From positions 7,440,001 to 7,504,000 of the forward strand of contig CM035354.1 in assembly GCA_020137815.1 (NCBI GenBank): DNA of 64,000 nt. The letters run 5' to 3'. How positions within the stretch are numbered: position 1 is the first letter of the stretch; each line of letters starts with the position of its first letter. Below, piece by piece: positions 1 to 10,699 of the stretch. Below the pieces are notes generated by a model, which was given only the letters and a program-made list of their open reading frames with translations, did no database searches and was not told the DNA's origin. The DNA is from Hormiphora californensis. Its lineage: Eukaryota; Animalia; Ctenophora. The position numbers and the translations under genes were made by a program.

Positions 1-2121
1 GTTATTCAGCATCTTCACATGACGGTGGTTTATCTCAGGATCAGAGAGATCCACCTCCAGATCCCGTGCTATCTGAATCACCATACTAGACTGTGCCGTA
101 TCTTCCTCGCCTCGGTCCAGTTTGAATGTTGAGGTGTACTTTGCTGCGGTCCTAGAGAACATGTCAGCGAATTTGTGGGAGCTGGATTGGGCTGCTACCT
201 GCTGATGCTGGGATCTCTCCTCGGCTTCTTTCCGGGCTGCATTGGCCTTGATGGACGCCATGATTGCTGCCACATCACTCAACATGGGCACTGCCGGGGA
301 AGCAGCTGCAGCTGGGGGAACAGTTCTCGGAGCCACGGCCGCAGCTGCAGGGGGACCCGTTGGAGGAGGGGGAGCTGTAGATCGTGGTTGCTGCACTCTC
401 GGGATCGGAGTATTTCTGTGCTGTTGCTCAACCGGTGGAGATCTGAAATGCGGTGGTGGGGAAGCCTCTCTCTGCTGCGCCTGGGCAGGAATCCCTCTCT
501 GCTGGACAGGGGTAACAGCTGCAGCCGCTCTCTGCTGTACGGGGGTAGCAGCCGCTCTCTGTTGCGATGAGGTATTTCGATCCCTGGAATCATCCCTGGA
601 ATGAGCAAGGTACGCTGGCTTGAAAGTGCTCCTATAACCTGGTTTTATAGGTTCTTGTTCTTCCTTGGCTGGTGGTGGAGGCGGTGGCGGTGTAATTTCT
701 TTCATTACCGGGGCTGCTGTGAGTGTGGCACCACCGTTAAAATTGGATGGAGGCGTGACCTTCCTGAACACAGGGGTTGCTGGAGGTGTTGCTTGCTGGC
801 CGGATCCATAGTAGGCGGGATTCGGGGCGGGAACATCGAACATAAATGAACCAGTGGGTGGTTTGGAAGGTGGAAGGGGTGGACCATCCGGTGGGGTTAG
901 ATCCGGAGGAGGTGGGAAGGGAGGGGTGGTTGAACGATTGAAGGATGGTGGTGGACGGATGGAAGGGCTGCTTAGCTTTGGAGGGTGAGTGGAAGGTGGT
1001 GCTGGTGGTGGTGGAGGGGGAGGTGTGTCAGGAGGTGGCGGAGGTGGTTGGTGGAAGGGAGGGGTTGGAAATCCACCTGGAGGAGGAGGGTATTGAGGTG
1101 GGTATTGATCATATCTCGGTTGGTAGGGGGGTTGCTGGGGAGTAGAGGGAAAACCAGGCTGTTGCCGTTGGGGATTCGAAGGAAAACCGGGTCTTTGCTG
1201 CTGGGGAGTTGATGGTAAACCGGGTCTATGTTGCGGAGTAGAGGGAAAACCGGGTTGTTGCCGTTGGGGATTTGAAGGAAAACCGGCTTGTTGCTGTTGG
1301 GGATTTGAAGGAAAACCGGCTTGTTGTTGCTGGGGAGTTGAGGGGTAACCTTGTTGTTGTTGCGGAGTAGATGAAAATCCGGATTGTTGTTGGGGGATCG
1401 ATGGAAAACCGGGTCGTTGTTGGGGGTTTGAAGGGTAACCAGGTTGATCTTGGGGAGTGGAGGGTCGTTGTTGGGGTGGATATGAATGTGAATTCGGAAG
1501 AAAAGATGATTGAGAAGAAGCGGGGAAAGGTGGCTGCTGTGAATTTGGTTGAAATTGGTGTTGCTGAGAATCCTGGCGTTTGAATTGTCTAGGATCATTA
1601 GGATGAAAGTTAGGGGGTTGCTGAGCAGGAGGTTGCTGAGCAGGAGGTTGCTGAGCAGGGGGAGCAAAGGAAGGGGCTTGAGGAGGAAAGGATGGGGGAG
1701 GATCACTGCCGACATGAGAACGTGCTTCTGAGGATGAATGCTGTCGACGAGACCTCGATGTCTTGTGACCGGGTGCTGGTGTTGGTGAGTACGATCGCTT
1801 GAATTGCTCCGAGTAAGCGGGATGGTTCACCGGGGGTGGGGGAAAGTGAAATGTAGGCTTCGGTTTCGCCGGAGGGGTACTCCTTTGGTTACCATGGAAA
1901 CCATTACCGCGTCTCTGATCGTTAGGCCTCGACCTATCATGAGAATTGGGGTAGGGAGGTGGTGCCCGTTTAGAGTGCCTCTGGTCGTGATGGTGTGGAC
2001 CGGAATTGTCAGACATGTTCCTAATATTTCGTATCTCATCATCAATCGTCCCTCCTCCTCCTCTGTCAGGTGGGTGGTTCCGTCTTTGATCATTAAACGA
2101 GTGAAAGGAGTTGTTGTTCAT
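1..2121 (-). CDS. Pro/Gln-rich low-complexity protein, C-terminus runs off the window
   Basis: Manual translation from ATG 2121 (MNNNSFHSFNDQRRNHPP...) stays open towards the window edge, so it is absent from the ORF track. Contains QQQPGFPS(N/T)P repeats and polyproline. Acceptor tatttccag lies at 2141-2142. Confidence 0.75.
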   Translation of the reverse strand, partial: MNNNSFHSFNDQRRNHPPDRGGGGTIDDEIRNIRNMSDNSGPHHHDQRHSKRAPPPYPNSHDRSRPNDQRRGNGFHGNQRSTPPAKPKPTFHFPPPPVNHPAYSEQFKRSYSPTPAPGHKTSRSRRQHSSSEARSHVGSDPPPSFPPQAPSFAPPAQQPPAQQPPAQQPPNFHPNDPRQFKRQDSQQHQFQPNSQQPPFPASSQSSFLPNSHSYPPQQRPSTPQDQPGYPSNPQQRPGFPSIPQQQSGFSSTPQQQQGYPSTPQQQQAGFPSNPQQQQAGFPSNPQRQQPGFPSTPQHRPGLPSTPQQQRPGFPSNPQRQQPGFPSTPQQPPYQPRYDQYPPQYPPPPGGFPTPPFHQPPPPPPDTPPPPPPPAPPSTHPPKLSSPSIRPPPSFNRSTTPPFPPPPDLTPPDGPPLPPSKPPTGSFMFDVPAPNPAYYGSGQQATPPATPVFRKVTPPSNFNGGATLTAAPVMKEITPPPPPPPAKEEQEPIKPGYRSTFKPAYLAHSRDDSRDRNTSSQQRAAATPVQQRAAAAVTPVQQRGIPAQAQQREASPPPHFRSPPVEQQHRNTPIPRVQQPRSTAPPPPTGPPAAAAVAPRTVPPAAAASPAVPMLSDVAAIMASIKANAARKEAEERSQHQQVAAQSSSHKFADMFSRTAAKYTSTFKLDRGEEDTAQSSMVIQIARDLEVDLSDPEINHRHVKMLNN

Positions 2122-2483
2122 TTTGTAACAAACATTATACCTGGAAATACATAGTTATTGGTTTTTAGCAGCTTGGACAGGGGTTGCTTTTGTCAAGTCC
2201 GTAGAAATGCCAATAAAACTGTTCACAATTTGCCTAATTTTTACCCGACCCTTCTTCAAATTAATCACAATCTTTTTTGGGTGAAAGCAGAGAAGGGTCG
2301 GGTGTACACTAGACAATCCACACAAGCAACGGAGAATTAGCAATGGACAATTCAAGAATTATGAATAAAAACTTTGAAAAGGTAAATGTTAAAAACAATT
2401 TACAGTTCATATTCTCAAGATCACAGACTCATCGAGTCTCACTTCTCCTTGTTTTTTGAATCTCACTTCTATTTTCTATTTGA

Positions 2484-3489
2484 TTAAAGATATTTGCTTC
2501 GGAGCAACCTTAGGTTTCGATGTAGGAGTTTCCTTAAACACAGTTTTAGGCTTGAACAACCAGTGGAACTGAATAGGTAATTCCATGTGCCAGGAATGTA
2601 CCTATCCAACATTTGACAATGGACTGGAGAGGCCATGTGCTCCAAGGCTGATTTGTAGCTCGTCCACAGGAATGATACATCACAAAACTTGCACGTCACG
2701 TGACTGTTCCTATTGAACTTGGTCAGACATGACTTGTGGATGGGGCAATACTCACAGTTGGGTGTCTTGCAGCAGCAGGAGCTCTGGATCTGGTGGGGGT
2801 GGTAAAGATTCCCCGACCGGAGTCCCTTCAAGAATTTATCTGGCAGGGTGCCATGGTTCTTGTAGTGTTCCGCAACCAGTTTCTTGTGTTTTGGGGACTG
2901 TCCGTGTGCGACGAAGAAGTTAAAGACATCTGCGATGAATGGGATTTCAGTCTGGCAGAGGAGACATAGGAGCTTCTTGTCAGGACAGGTACTGCCCTTA
3001 TTATCACACTTCTCTACCATCCAATCGAACAGCATGGCTCCCGTTTTGGTGGCGTGGGTATCTGTATAGTGCCGCTGCCATCCTTGGACATCGGAGAAAT
3101 GTCCTCCTGCACAAGCTGCAACAGATGATCCCATCCGCATACTTGCTCGTGCTGAGAGGGGTGTTGTTAGCATGCGCTCACGGGGTGCTCCAGGAGATCG
3201 TGGTTTGCTTTATCCACCAAAGACTTACAATCCAACTCACACTCCTGACACTCCAGCCGTTTATCATGGGACTCCGCCTGATGGGTATCGAAATCAGACC
3301 AACTCTGAACTGAATCTTGCACTTTTCACACCGCATCCTCCGTTTGCAGATGAAGTTATCGGCGATGTTTTGTTCCGGATCTATCTGGAACTCATCTTCA
3401 GCATCACCAAGTTGATCCAGCCGGGTGTATAGCCGCCAGATGAGTTGTTTTAGCTCGTTCCGGGCGTTAATCAGGTCTGGTGTCGCCAT
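2484..3489 (-). CDS. Multi zinc-finger protein (U1/matrin-like C2H2), frameshifted near 3180-3250
   Basis: ORFs 3178-3489 and 2484-3173 abut. Fingers CLLC...HGQSPKH and CKFC...HMASPVH. Acceptor at about 3503, just before the ATG. Confidence 0.6.
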
Positions 3490-3701
3490 GTTAGGGGGCT
3501 AGCTATAGAAGACGACAGAAGGGTTAGAAATATGGGATTTGAAGGGATGGGCCAGATTTTAGGAGGGTTAAAATAGGGGATTTAAAGGGTGGGGTAATGC
3601 ATTTGGGAGTCAAAGATACGTAATAAAAGGAAGACACGTGTAGTTGGAAAGGAAAAACTTGATACAAAAAACAGATAAAACACAACACGATATCAAATAT
3701 T

Positions 3702-4199
3702 TCAACTTCCTAACAGTTTACACAGTATTCTACCCCGAATGAGGCCCAATGGGACGGGTCCAAACTTCCTTGAATCGGTTGAATTACCGGGGTTATCGCC
3801 CTCTAACCAACAATACCCAGTGGGAACACTGTACTTACCCTCATAGGAATGCTTAGCTAGAAACACCCCCGGATTTTCCATATCATGCTCGACAAACTGT
3901 CCCGCTAGTGCCTTTACACGCTTCACAATGTACCCATCAGCCTCCTCAGGATCATGCACCAGGACTATCTCACCTGGTTCAACCTTGGTTACCGAGGTAA
4001 CCAGATCAACAAGTAGCAGGGAGGTTGAGGAGTTAGCGTTATAGGTGGGTGCCATGCTAGGTCCAGATACTGAGGCAGTGGTGAGGACACGGGATGTGAA
4101 GAGATAGGTTCCAAGACTAATACCAACGACTTGTTTGATTGTTGGCAGGTTTAACGGTCGGTTCTTGTTTAGCCACTCAAGGATTCTTTTGCTCGACAT
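3702..4199 (-). CDS. IMMP1L: Mitochondrial inner membrane peptidase subunit 1 (S26 family)
   Basis: GPSMAPT catalytic Ser, VKRV catalytic Lys, and WLEGDNPGNSTDSRKFGPVPLGLIRGR typical of IMP1. Intronless. Confidence 0.9.
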   Translation of the reverse strand: MSSKRILEWLNKNRPLNLPTIKQVVGISLGTYLFTSRVLTTASVSGPSMAPTYNANSSTSLLLVDLVTSVTKVEPGEIVLVHDPEEADGYIVKRVKALAGQFVEHDMENPGVFLAKHSYEGKYSVPTGYCWLEGDNPGNSTDSRKFGPVPLGLIRGRILCKLLGS

Positions 4200-4659
4200 G
4201 GTGGTAGCTAGAAGGGAATAGGAGTCTGTTAAAAAACGGAGATTTAGTCAAGGATTGGTGTTTGTCGTTTGACGATAAAAGAGGTAACTAGGTAGTTGGT
4301 ACTAAAGGGACTAAAGGGACTGGTGTATTGAACAGGAATTCTTTTGAAAGATCGGGAAGAATAGGTAAGATGGACATAGACATATCGGCGGACGAGGTAG
4401 TAGAAGGAGCTAACAGATGTCAAACGCAGGAAAAAAGACAGATATTTACTCAGATTGAATCACATAATATAGCATTACTTTTTACACAATAAAAAAGATA
4501 AAGACACACATAACGTAGATAACCAGATAATATTCAGATCAATAATATGTAATAGCCCGATCAGATCTCTCAGTGTCAAGTCAATCATAGCATAATTTAT
4601 GTTCCCAAGTCAGAAAGCTCATGGTATCTCAACTCTCAAGACGTAGTACTTAACTAACT

Positions 4660-6027
4660 TCATTTTCGAATTACTCTCTGCTCATAAAAGTGTCGGGGGA
4701 ACTGTTCACGAATCAGGGATGGCCGGTACTTCTTACGAAACTGAACTGAAAAGTCCTCCCAAAGACACCAATGGTAGAGGGGCGTTTTACCAAATATCTC
4801 CCCATACTTTTTCTTACAGGCAATATGGTCTTTGGATGTCAGATGAACGTTCAACTGAGTGTTACCCCCTTGAACCGCCATCTTTTCCCAGCACACCACA
4901 CAGAAGATCTCAGTGGATTTGGTGGGAAGCTTGGCGGGTGGTTTAGGATTACTTTTCCACCACAACCCCGAGACAATGCAATGGATCTCTGTTTTATAGT
5001 GGAGATCCCGGAGGAGGGGGGTCGGGAACTCCAAACGGCAATCTTTGCAATAGAGATCCTGTTTGATGTTTTTCTGGAGTGCTGCTGGAACTGGCCTGCT
5101 GGAAACGAACTCGCTCGAACCAGAGGCATCCGATTTAGATAACAACATCTTAGCTTTTCCAAGGATCTTCTCGGCATCGCTCTGTAAATCGATAATGTTT
5201 TCTTTTTCCGGTTGAGCAGCGTCTCCCAGAATACCCTGGAGAAGTCCAGAGAGACCCGTCTTCTTGGAGCCATCCTTGGTGGAATTTAGAGAGATGTTTA
5301 AAGACATGTTCTTCGCAAAGTTGCTCTTTGTACTCGTCCCCTTCTGCTTTGCTTTTGATATCGGGTTAGCTCGTGTCTTTGCTGTTTTGCTACTGAGAGC
5401 TGTTTTGGAGGAGGTTGAAGATTTGGGTGGTGGTATTGGTTTCCTTTTGCTGATGCCACCCGATGCCACCCTGCTGGTCGCTGTAAAAGCCCGTTTAGGA
5501 GGAGCAGGAGGCGGTTTCTCTGGTAGTTTGGTCACCTTTGCAGGCACTGTAGCTTTGATTGGAGCTCGAGAGAGCATGGAAGGAGGGCCTAAAGGTCGCT
5601 TCCCGACATTTGAATTAGACCTTGCTAATGTTCCCGACTTCTGCTTGGTGAAGGGAGGAGGAAGAGTAGGTTTACTTGAGGAAGCGGCTTCTGTTGAGGT
5701 TCTAGGAGAGGCTCGGAAGCTGTACCGATCAGATCCAGATCTCTGGAGGGGTTGGGAGGTGCTTGTTCTAGCGAAAGATCGTGTTCTAGATATCCCGGCT
5801 GAACATTTGGCTGTTGTCTCGGTTGTTTTCTTGGGAAGTTCAGTTGACCTGGTTGAGGCCCTTCTCACAGGGAGAACCCTAGTAGGCACTGGTACAGCTG
5901 CTGCAGCGGGCTTGTCAGTTGTTGATTTGCGGAGACGTTTCGCGGGGGTTCTATGAGAAACTGACACCACACCGCCGGCTAGGTTGTCACTGTCCCCAAT
6001 GTCAGTCTTGTATAACTTGCGAATCAT
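4660..6027 (-). CDS. Basic S/T/K/P-rich protein with C-terminal double U1-type zinc finger
   Basis: YCKDC...HYKTEIH and FCVVC...HLTSKDH. Probable start MIRKL at 6027, 8 nt after acceptor cccttttag. Confidence 0.75.
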   Translation of the reverse strand: MIRKLYKTDIGDSDNLAGGVVSVSHRTPAKRLRKSTTDKPAAAAVPVPTRVLPVRRASTRSTELPKKTTETTAKCSAGISRTRSFARTSTSQPLQRSGSDRYSFRASPRTSTEAASSSKPTLPPPFTKQKSGTLARSNSNVGKRPLGPPSMLSRAPIKATVPAKVTKLPEKPPPAPPKRAFTATSRVASGGISKRKPIPPPKSSTSSKTALSSKTAKTRANPISKAKQKGTSTKSNFAKNMSLNISLNSTKDGSKKTGLSGLLQGILGDAAQPEKENIIDLQSDAEKILGKAKMLLSKSDASGSSEFVSSRPVPAALQKNIKQDLYCKDCRLEFPTPLLRDLHYKTEIHCIVSGLWWKSNPKPPAKLPTKSTEIFCVVCWEKMAVQGGNTQLNVHLTSKDHIACKKKYGEIFGKTPLYHWCLWEDFSVQFRKKYRPSLIREQFPRHFYEQRVIRK

Positions 6028-6146
6028 CACTCGTGCTAAAAGGGACGGGAGAGGTTTTAGTTTAATTGAAGATAGAGTGAAAAGACGAATATTCAGTAAT
6101 GAGGTAAACGTGTAAAATACAAAATATAGATTTCTAAAATTCAAAA

Positions 6147-7184
6147 CTAGGGCATCCCTTTTTTCGGCAACACACATTTCTCAACAACAGATATCCAATC
6201 AAATCCACCAGGACTGCCAGTGGGGAGGGTATCCGACAAGAATTTAACATCCTCCCAATGCGTCCATTCGTATCTTGGCAGTGTATCATACACCTCATGC
6301 CAGCAATTCTTGTTAAATTGGTGGTAGGAACACCGGAGATGCTTGCTCAGCTCCTCCTCATACATAAATGACCGTTTTTCTGAACACATCACACACCAAA
6401 CTTCCACTTTCTGTCCCTTAGGGTGTCGGTTATCAAACAACTTCTTCCTTTTGTAGTTCTTACCCCACCAGTGACCACTGATGACCCTGTGAAGGTAGCT
6501 CTGGGCATGGGATCCTAGTGTGACTGCCAAGTTGAACTCCAACCTACAACACCGACAGTATAAAACAGGGTTGTCCATAACTTTGTAGGAAATCAAGGGC
6601 AGGACTCGAGAGTGGTGATCAGTTCTCAGCAGGAACTTGATCTTGTAATCTAAGAGGACCATCTTGGAGCGTTTTGTCGATGGTTCCACTTCTCCTTCAT
6701 CACGATACGAAATGCCTCTTTTCTCAAATATATCCCTGACGTATGTCTCAAGGGGGGTTCTCACAACACGGGGTGGAGGAGGAGGTGGGAGAATCTCGGT
6801 CGGCGAGGGTACCATGATATCACTAGTAGATCCTGAAGATGCCAGCACTCCAATGTTCTTTGCAAGTGTGTTTGTAAGTTGACTCTCGATAATAGAGGAC
6901 ACAACATCTCCTTTGTTCTGGCTGGTCAGTTCGGTGATCATACTTTTCACCTCAGGGGAGTTCAGGGTGTCTGCGAGGACAGATTTCAGTAGTTGAGATA
7001 TCCCCGCTCCTCCAACTCCCCCGGCCCCTGAACTGTACTTGTTGACCAGATGGGAGATACTATCTCTGCTCTCCCTTGTTCGGTATCGCTCATCATCGCT
7101 GCTGCTGCTGCTGCTCCTGGACCGGCGACGTCGACGAGAGGAGTCCGAGTCGGTCGTTCGGTGTCTCTTGCTATCTCTAGACAT
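6147..7184 (-). CDS. RS-rich N-terminus plus double U1-type zinc finger
   Basis: YCRCC...HAQSYLH and WCVMC...HLRCSYH, paralogous to the 4660-6027 module. Acceptor ttttcag 1 nt before the ATG. Confidence 0.8.
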   Translation of the reverse strand: MSRDSKRHRTTDSDSSRRRRRSRSSSSSSDDERYRTRESRDSISHLVNKYSSGAGGVGGAGISQLLKSVLADTLNSPEVKSMITELTSQNKGDVVSSIIESQLTNTLAKNIGVLASSGSTSDIMVPSPTEILPPPPPPRVVRTPLETYVRDIFEKRGISYRDEGEVEPSTKRSKMVLLDYKIKFLLRTDHHSRVLPLISYKVMDNPVLYCRCCRLEFNLAVTLGSHAQSYLHRVISGHWWGKNYKRKKLFDNRHPKGQKVEVWCVMCSEKRSFMYEEELSKHLRCSYHQFNKNCWHEVYDTLPRYEWTHWEDVKFLSDTLPTGSPGGFDWISVVEKCVLPKKGMP

Positions 7185-7363
7185 ACTGAAAATACACGAG
7201 TTGTTAGTGAGGGACTAGCAAATTGTGGACACGAAACGAAGAATACACAGGTACTAAACAACGTCCAAACTTTTAAAACAAACTTCAAAACATATGGTTT
7301 GCAATGAAAGAAGTAAATACAGCCCAATACTCTCTTGCTGATAATATCAGATATAATAATAGG

Positions 7364-8980
7364 TTATCTATTCATTCTCAAAGATTTTAACAAACTTGCG
7401 GGTGACGGTTTCTCAACAACAACAGAATCCTCTTTCTCCCCCGGGGCAAGAATTCGCTTTCGGCCAGTTTTAGTTTTCATGGGTGAACTTGTTGTCAGCT
7501 TTGTGGAAGATCCACTGGGTGTGACTTCAAGTGGTTCGTCTAAAGGTCTCAACTGTACCACACCATCCTTCTTTACCTGCATAAGATTCACCCTGGTCAC
7601 TGGTGGTCTACTGGCAGGCGGGGGCGTATCACCATTATCGACTGGACGTGGTCCAAGACGAGATTTGATGCCGAGTGGTGGGGCCAATGGAGCAGGTGAA
7701 GTTTTCGAATTGTCATCTTTAGGAGCCCCGAGCCGGCTGCGGACTGGTGGTGGTACATAGGCCTGTTGATCTGGGACAGTTCTATTTGTGACTGATGGAG
7801 GCTCAGGCTGGGAAACTGTAGGAGCTGTTGCATAAGTTCCGTGAGTTGGCGGATGACCAAACGGTGGTGGATGTTGCGGTGGAACAAGTTTATGGCCGGG
7901 TATCGAATGTAAAACACGAGGTGGCTCAGGCATGGCGGGATGCTCAGTAGGATGCGGGGGAGGTGGGTATGCCATATGAGGTGGAGGGGGATATCCATTC
8001 ATCGGGGGTGGGTAACCATTTATCGGAGGTGGATAACCATTCATAGGTGGGGGATACATCGCCATCGGAGGAGGGTGAGTCATATGGGGGTAGGGCGCGT
8101 GAGGAGGGTGGGACACGTGAGGATGAGGTGGATAGGCTGGAGGGATGGGGTGGGCGTAGGGAGGTGGGGTAGAGAAACCAGCAGGAAACCCTGAAGGTGG
8201 AGGTGGAAAGGAGGGAGGGAAGGGTAGGTTGGAGGGAGGCAATGGGAAGTTAGCAGGGAAGTTAGTTGATGAGGTGGGTGTTTGTCGAATGTCTGAAAAC
8301 TTTGGAATCACTTCACGATGTTTACTCGAAGGTTCACTGACACTTCCACGGTACACTTTCGGAGCAACATCAACATCAAGCAAGTTTTTGATCTCCTTTG
8401 GAGTTTTGTTCGATAAAATATTGGTGACCAGACTGGAAATGGAAACCTTGAACTTTGATTCAATGCCTCGTTTCACCAATTCCAGTTGTCGTTTCTGGCC
8501 ATCAGTTAGAGATTGCATAGGGTCTCCATCCAAGTCCTCTTCCTCTTCCCCTGGACTGTAGAGAGAGGAGGTTCGGGTTCTTTTACGGGGCTCGGGTAGA
8601 CCGACTGTAACTCCTTTGCCTGTATAGTCCTGTCCCTGCTGTTCGATCTACTGTACCGACTCCGGATCCGCCTGTCACGGGATCGAGATCTAGAACTGGA
8701 TCTCCCCCGAGAACGGGATCTACCACGGGAATAGGATCTACCACGGGAACGGGATCTACCACGGGACCTTGATCTGCCACGGGATCTTGATCTACTGCGG
8801 GATCGTGACCTACTATACCGGGAGTGGTACCTCGACTCCTCTGCGACAATGTCATTGTTCACGGTTCGTTTTGTTCCGAGTCTGCTTTCCAGAAGTTTCC
8901 TCAGATCCTTGGGAGCGGGGGAAGACTCCCGATCACGGCTGTAGAGACCTCCGAACATTGTAATTTGGAAGACCAGACAT
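7364..8980 (-). CDS. RS-repeat plus proline-rich (NGYPPP repeats) protein, frameshifted near 8560
   Basis: ORFs 8506-8958 (RSRSRG repeats) and 7364-8533 join across a ct run (LYSPGEEEEDLDGDP). Acceptor at 8998-8999. Exact start (8980 or 8958) uncertain. Confidence 0.6.
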
Positions 8981-9347
8981 TAGCAAGCTGCAAGACCCTG
9001 TAAAAAAGGTAAAGTTAGGATTTTTGGGATTTATTTAAGGAGGAAGAGAGTACAGAAACACAGATTAAATAAAAATAATCCCAATTTATATTAATGATTA
9101 GTTTAGATTAGTGTATTGATTTGTATTTTGCTCCAAAAAGCCTTGGTTAAGCGTTATTTATTAAAATCGTATCACAGATAACAGTACGATTTACGAAAAT
9201 AAATATAAAAATAACTCTTATTCTTAAAATGAAATAATAATCATTGTTGCATTGATTTCGTCCCATCATTACAAATTAATACAGATACTCCAATAACAAT
9301 ACAAACTGTCATAAGGATTAATCGATACACAGTTTACTAGTATAACT

Positions 9348-10150
9348 TCACCAATGGTGACCGTGGAAGTTAGGAGGAGGACCGAGACCAAATTGGTTGG
9401 AAGGTACACAAGGTGGTTCAAATTGATTTGGTTGGTAGACATTTGGCTGGTAGCGTGGATTTTGATACACCGGTTGAGTGTGACCGAATGTAGGGGCATG
9501 ATGATGAGGAGGTACAGGATAGGGAAGGGGAGCAGCCAGAGGCATTGCTGGGTATCCATTACAATTCACAGATACAGATGGCATTTTCGGGTATCCACAA
9601 CAATTTACAACTGGCATTTCAGGATACCCACAACAATTCACTGGAATTTCCGGGTGTGGAACGGGTGGATGGGCTGGGAGAAAGATTGAGGGAGTGTCCT
9701 GGACGGGTGGTGGAGCAGAGAGCAATGGTGGAATTGAAAGGAAGGATATTATCGGAGGAGGGGGGACGACGGGATCAAAATATTCAGTTGTTCTAAACAT
9801 CTCACTACTTCCTGATTGCATTGTAGTCTCACTTAGTGCTGGAGTCTCGCTTGGTAATGAATGCGATCTAGAATGATTCAGGAAAAGGCCTCCTCGAGAC
9901 CCAGGTCTGCTTTCATTACTCGTAAATTTCCGGCGTTTTTTATTTCTTTTAGGAGAAGGACTGTAGTACCCTGGTTCGTCCGGACTGCTGGGAAACAGCT
10001 CCTCATTGTCAGATAAGGAGTCAGTGATGGTTGGAGGTGTTGGGGATCTGGGTGACAAACTAAATCGAGAGTGGTATAGGTCCGGGGTTGGTGATCTCCA
10101 TTGTGGCGGTGGGTCGCTATCTGTCATATCCAGTTCTCCTAACGAACATA
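9348..10150 (-). CDS. Short proline-rich member of the PDLYHSRF family
   Basis: PTPDLYHSRFSLSP motif and NCCGYP repeats. 5' sequence ggtgtggtatg..gttaggaga is shared with the 13728 paralog. ATG 10150 is out of frame with the main ORF (probable indel). Confidence 0.6.
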
Positions 10151-10341
10151 CCACACCCCCTAGAAGGAGAGAGGTGGAGAGAGTTATATTAGTCTATTTA
10201 TGGAAAACAGTAAATGAAGACACGGTCATAGAAACGAGTAGCAAACGATTAAGATATAAAACCCAGGTAGATAAACAAACATCAATGAAAACTGATAGAA
10301 AAAAGATGGTTAAATAATTTAAAAAAAATCAAAGGCAGCTA

Positions 10342-10486
10342 CAGTCGAACCCCGATTTACCAGAACCTCCCATTTACCGGGAGGATAAACTTCCCCCGAT
10401 ATATGAATTTAACAGTATTTGACCCCAATATACCGGCATCCCGATTTACCGAGCATCCCGGTATTCGGTAACTCGGGGATCGACTG
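10342..10486. mobile_element. Tc1/mariner/pogo-type MITE
   Basis: TIRs cagtcgaaccccgatttacc / ggtaactcggggatcgactg flanked by TA on both sides. Confidence 0.8.
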
Positions 10487-10699
10487 TATTCAAAAAATCA
10501 TATTCGATGTCCATGCACATTATTGGAACATAATTTATTTGAATCAAGATTCAAGAAACAACACAAGACATATTATATATTATTATGTATATAATGCAGT
10601 ATGATAAATATTGAGTTAAATACAAAAAATACTAACAAGAGTGCGTGAGTCAAAGTGTGCGTGAGTAAAGGACAAAGGTAAAAAGAATTGTTAATTATT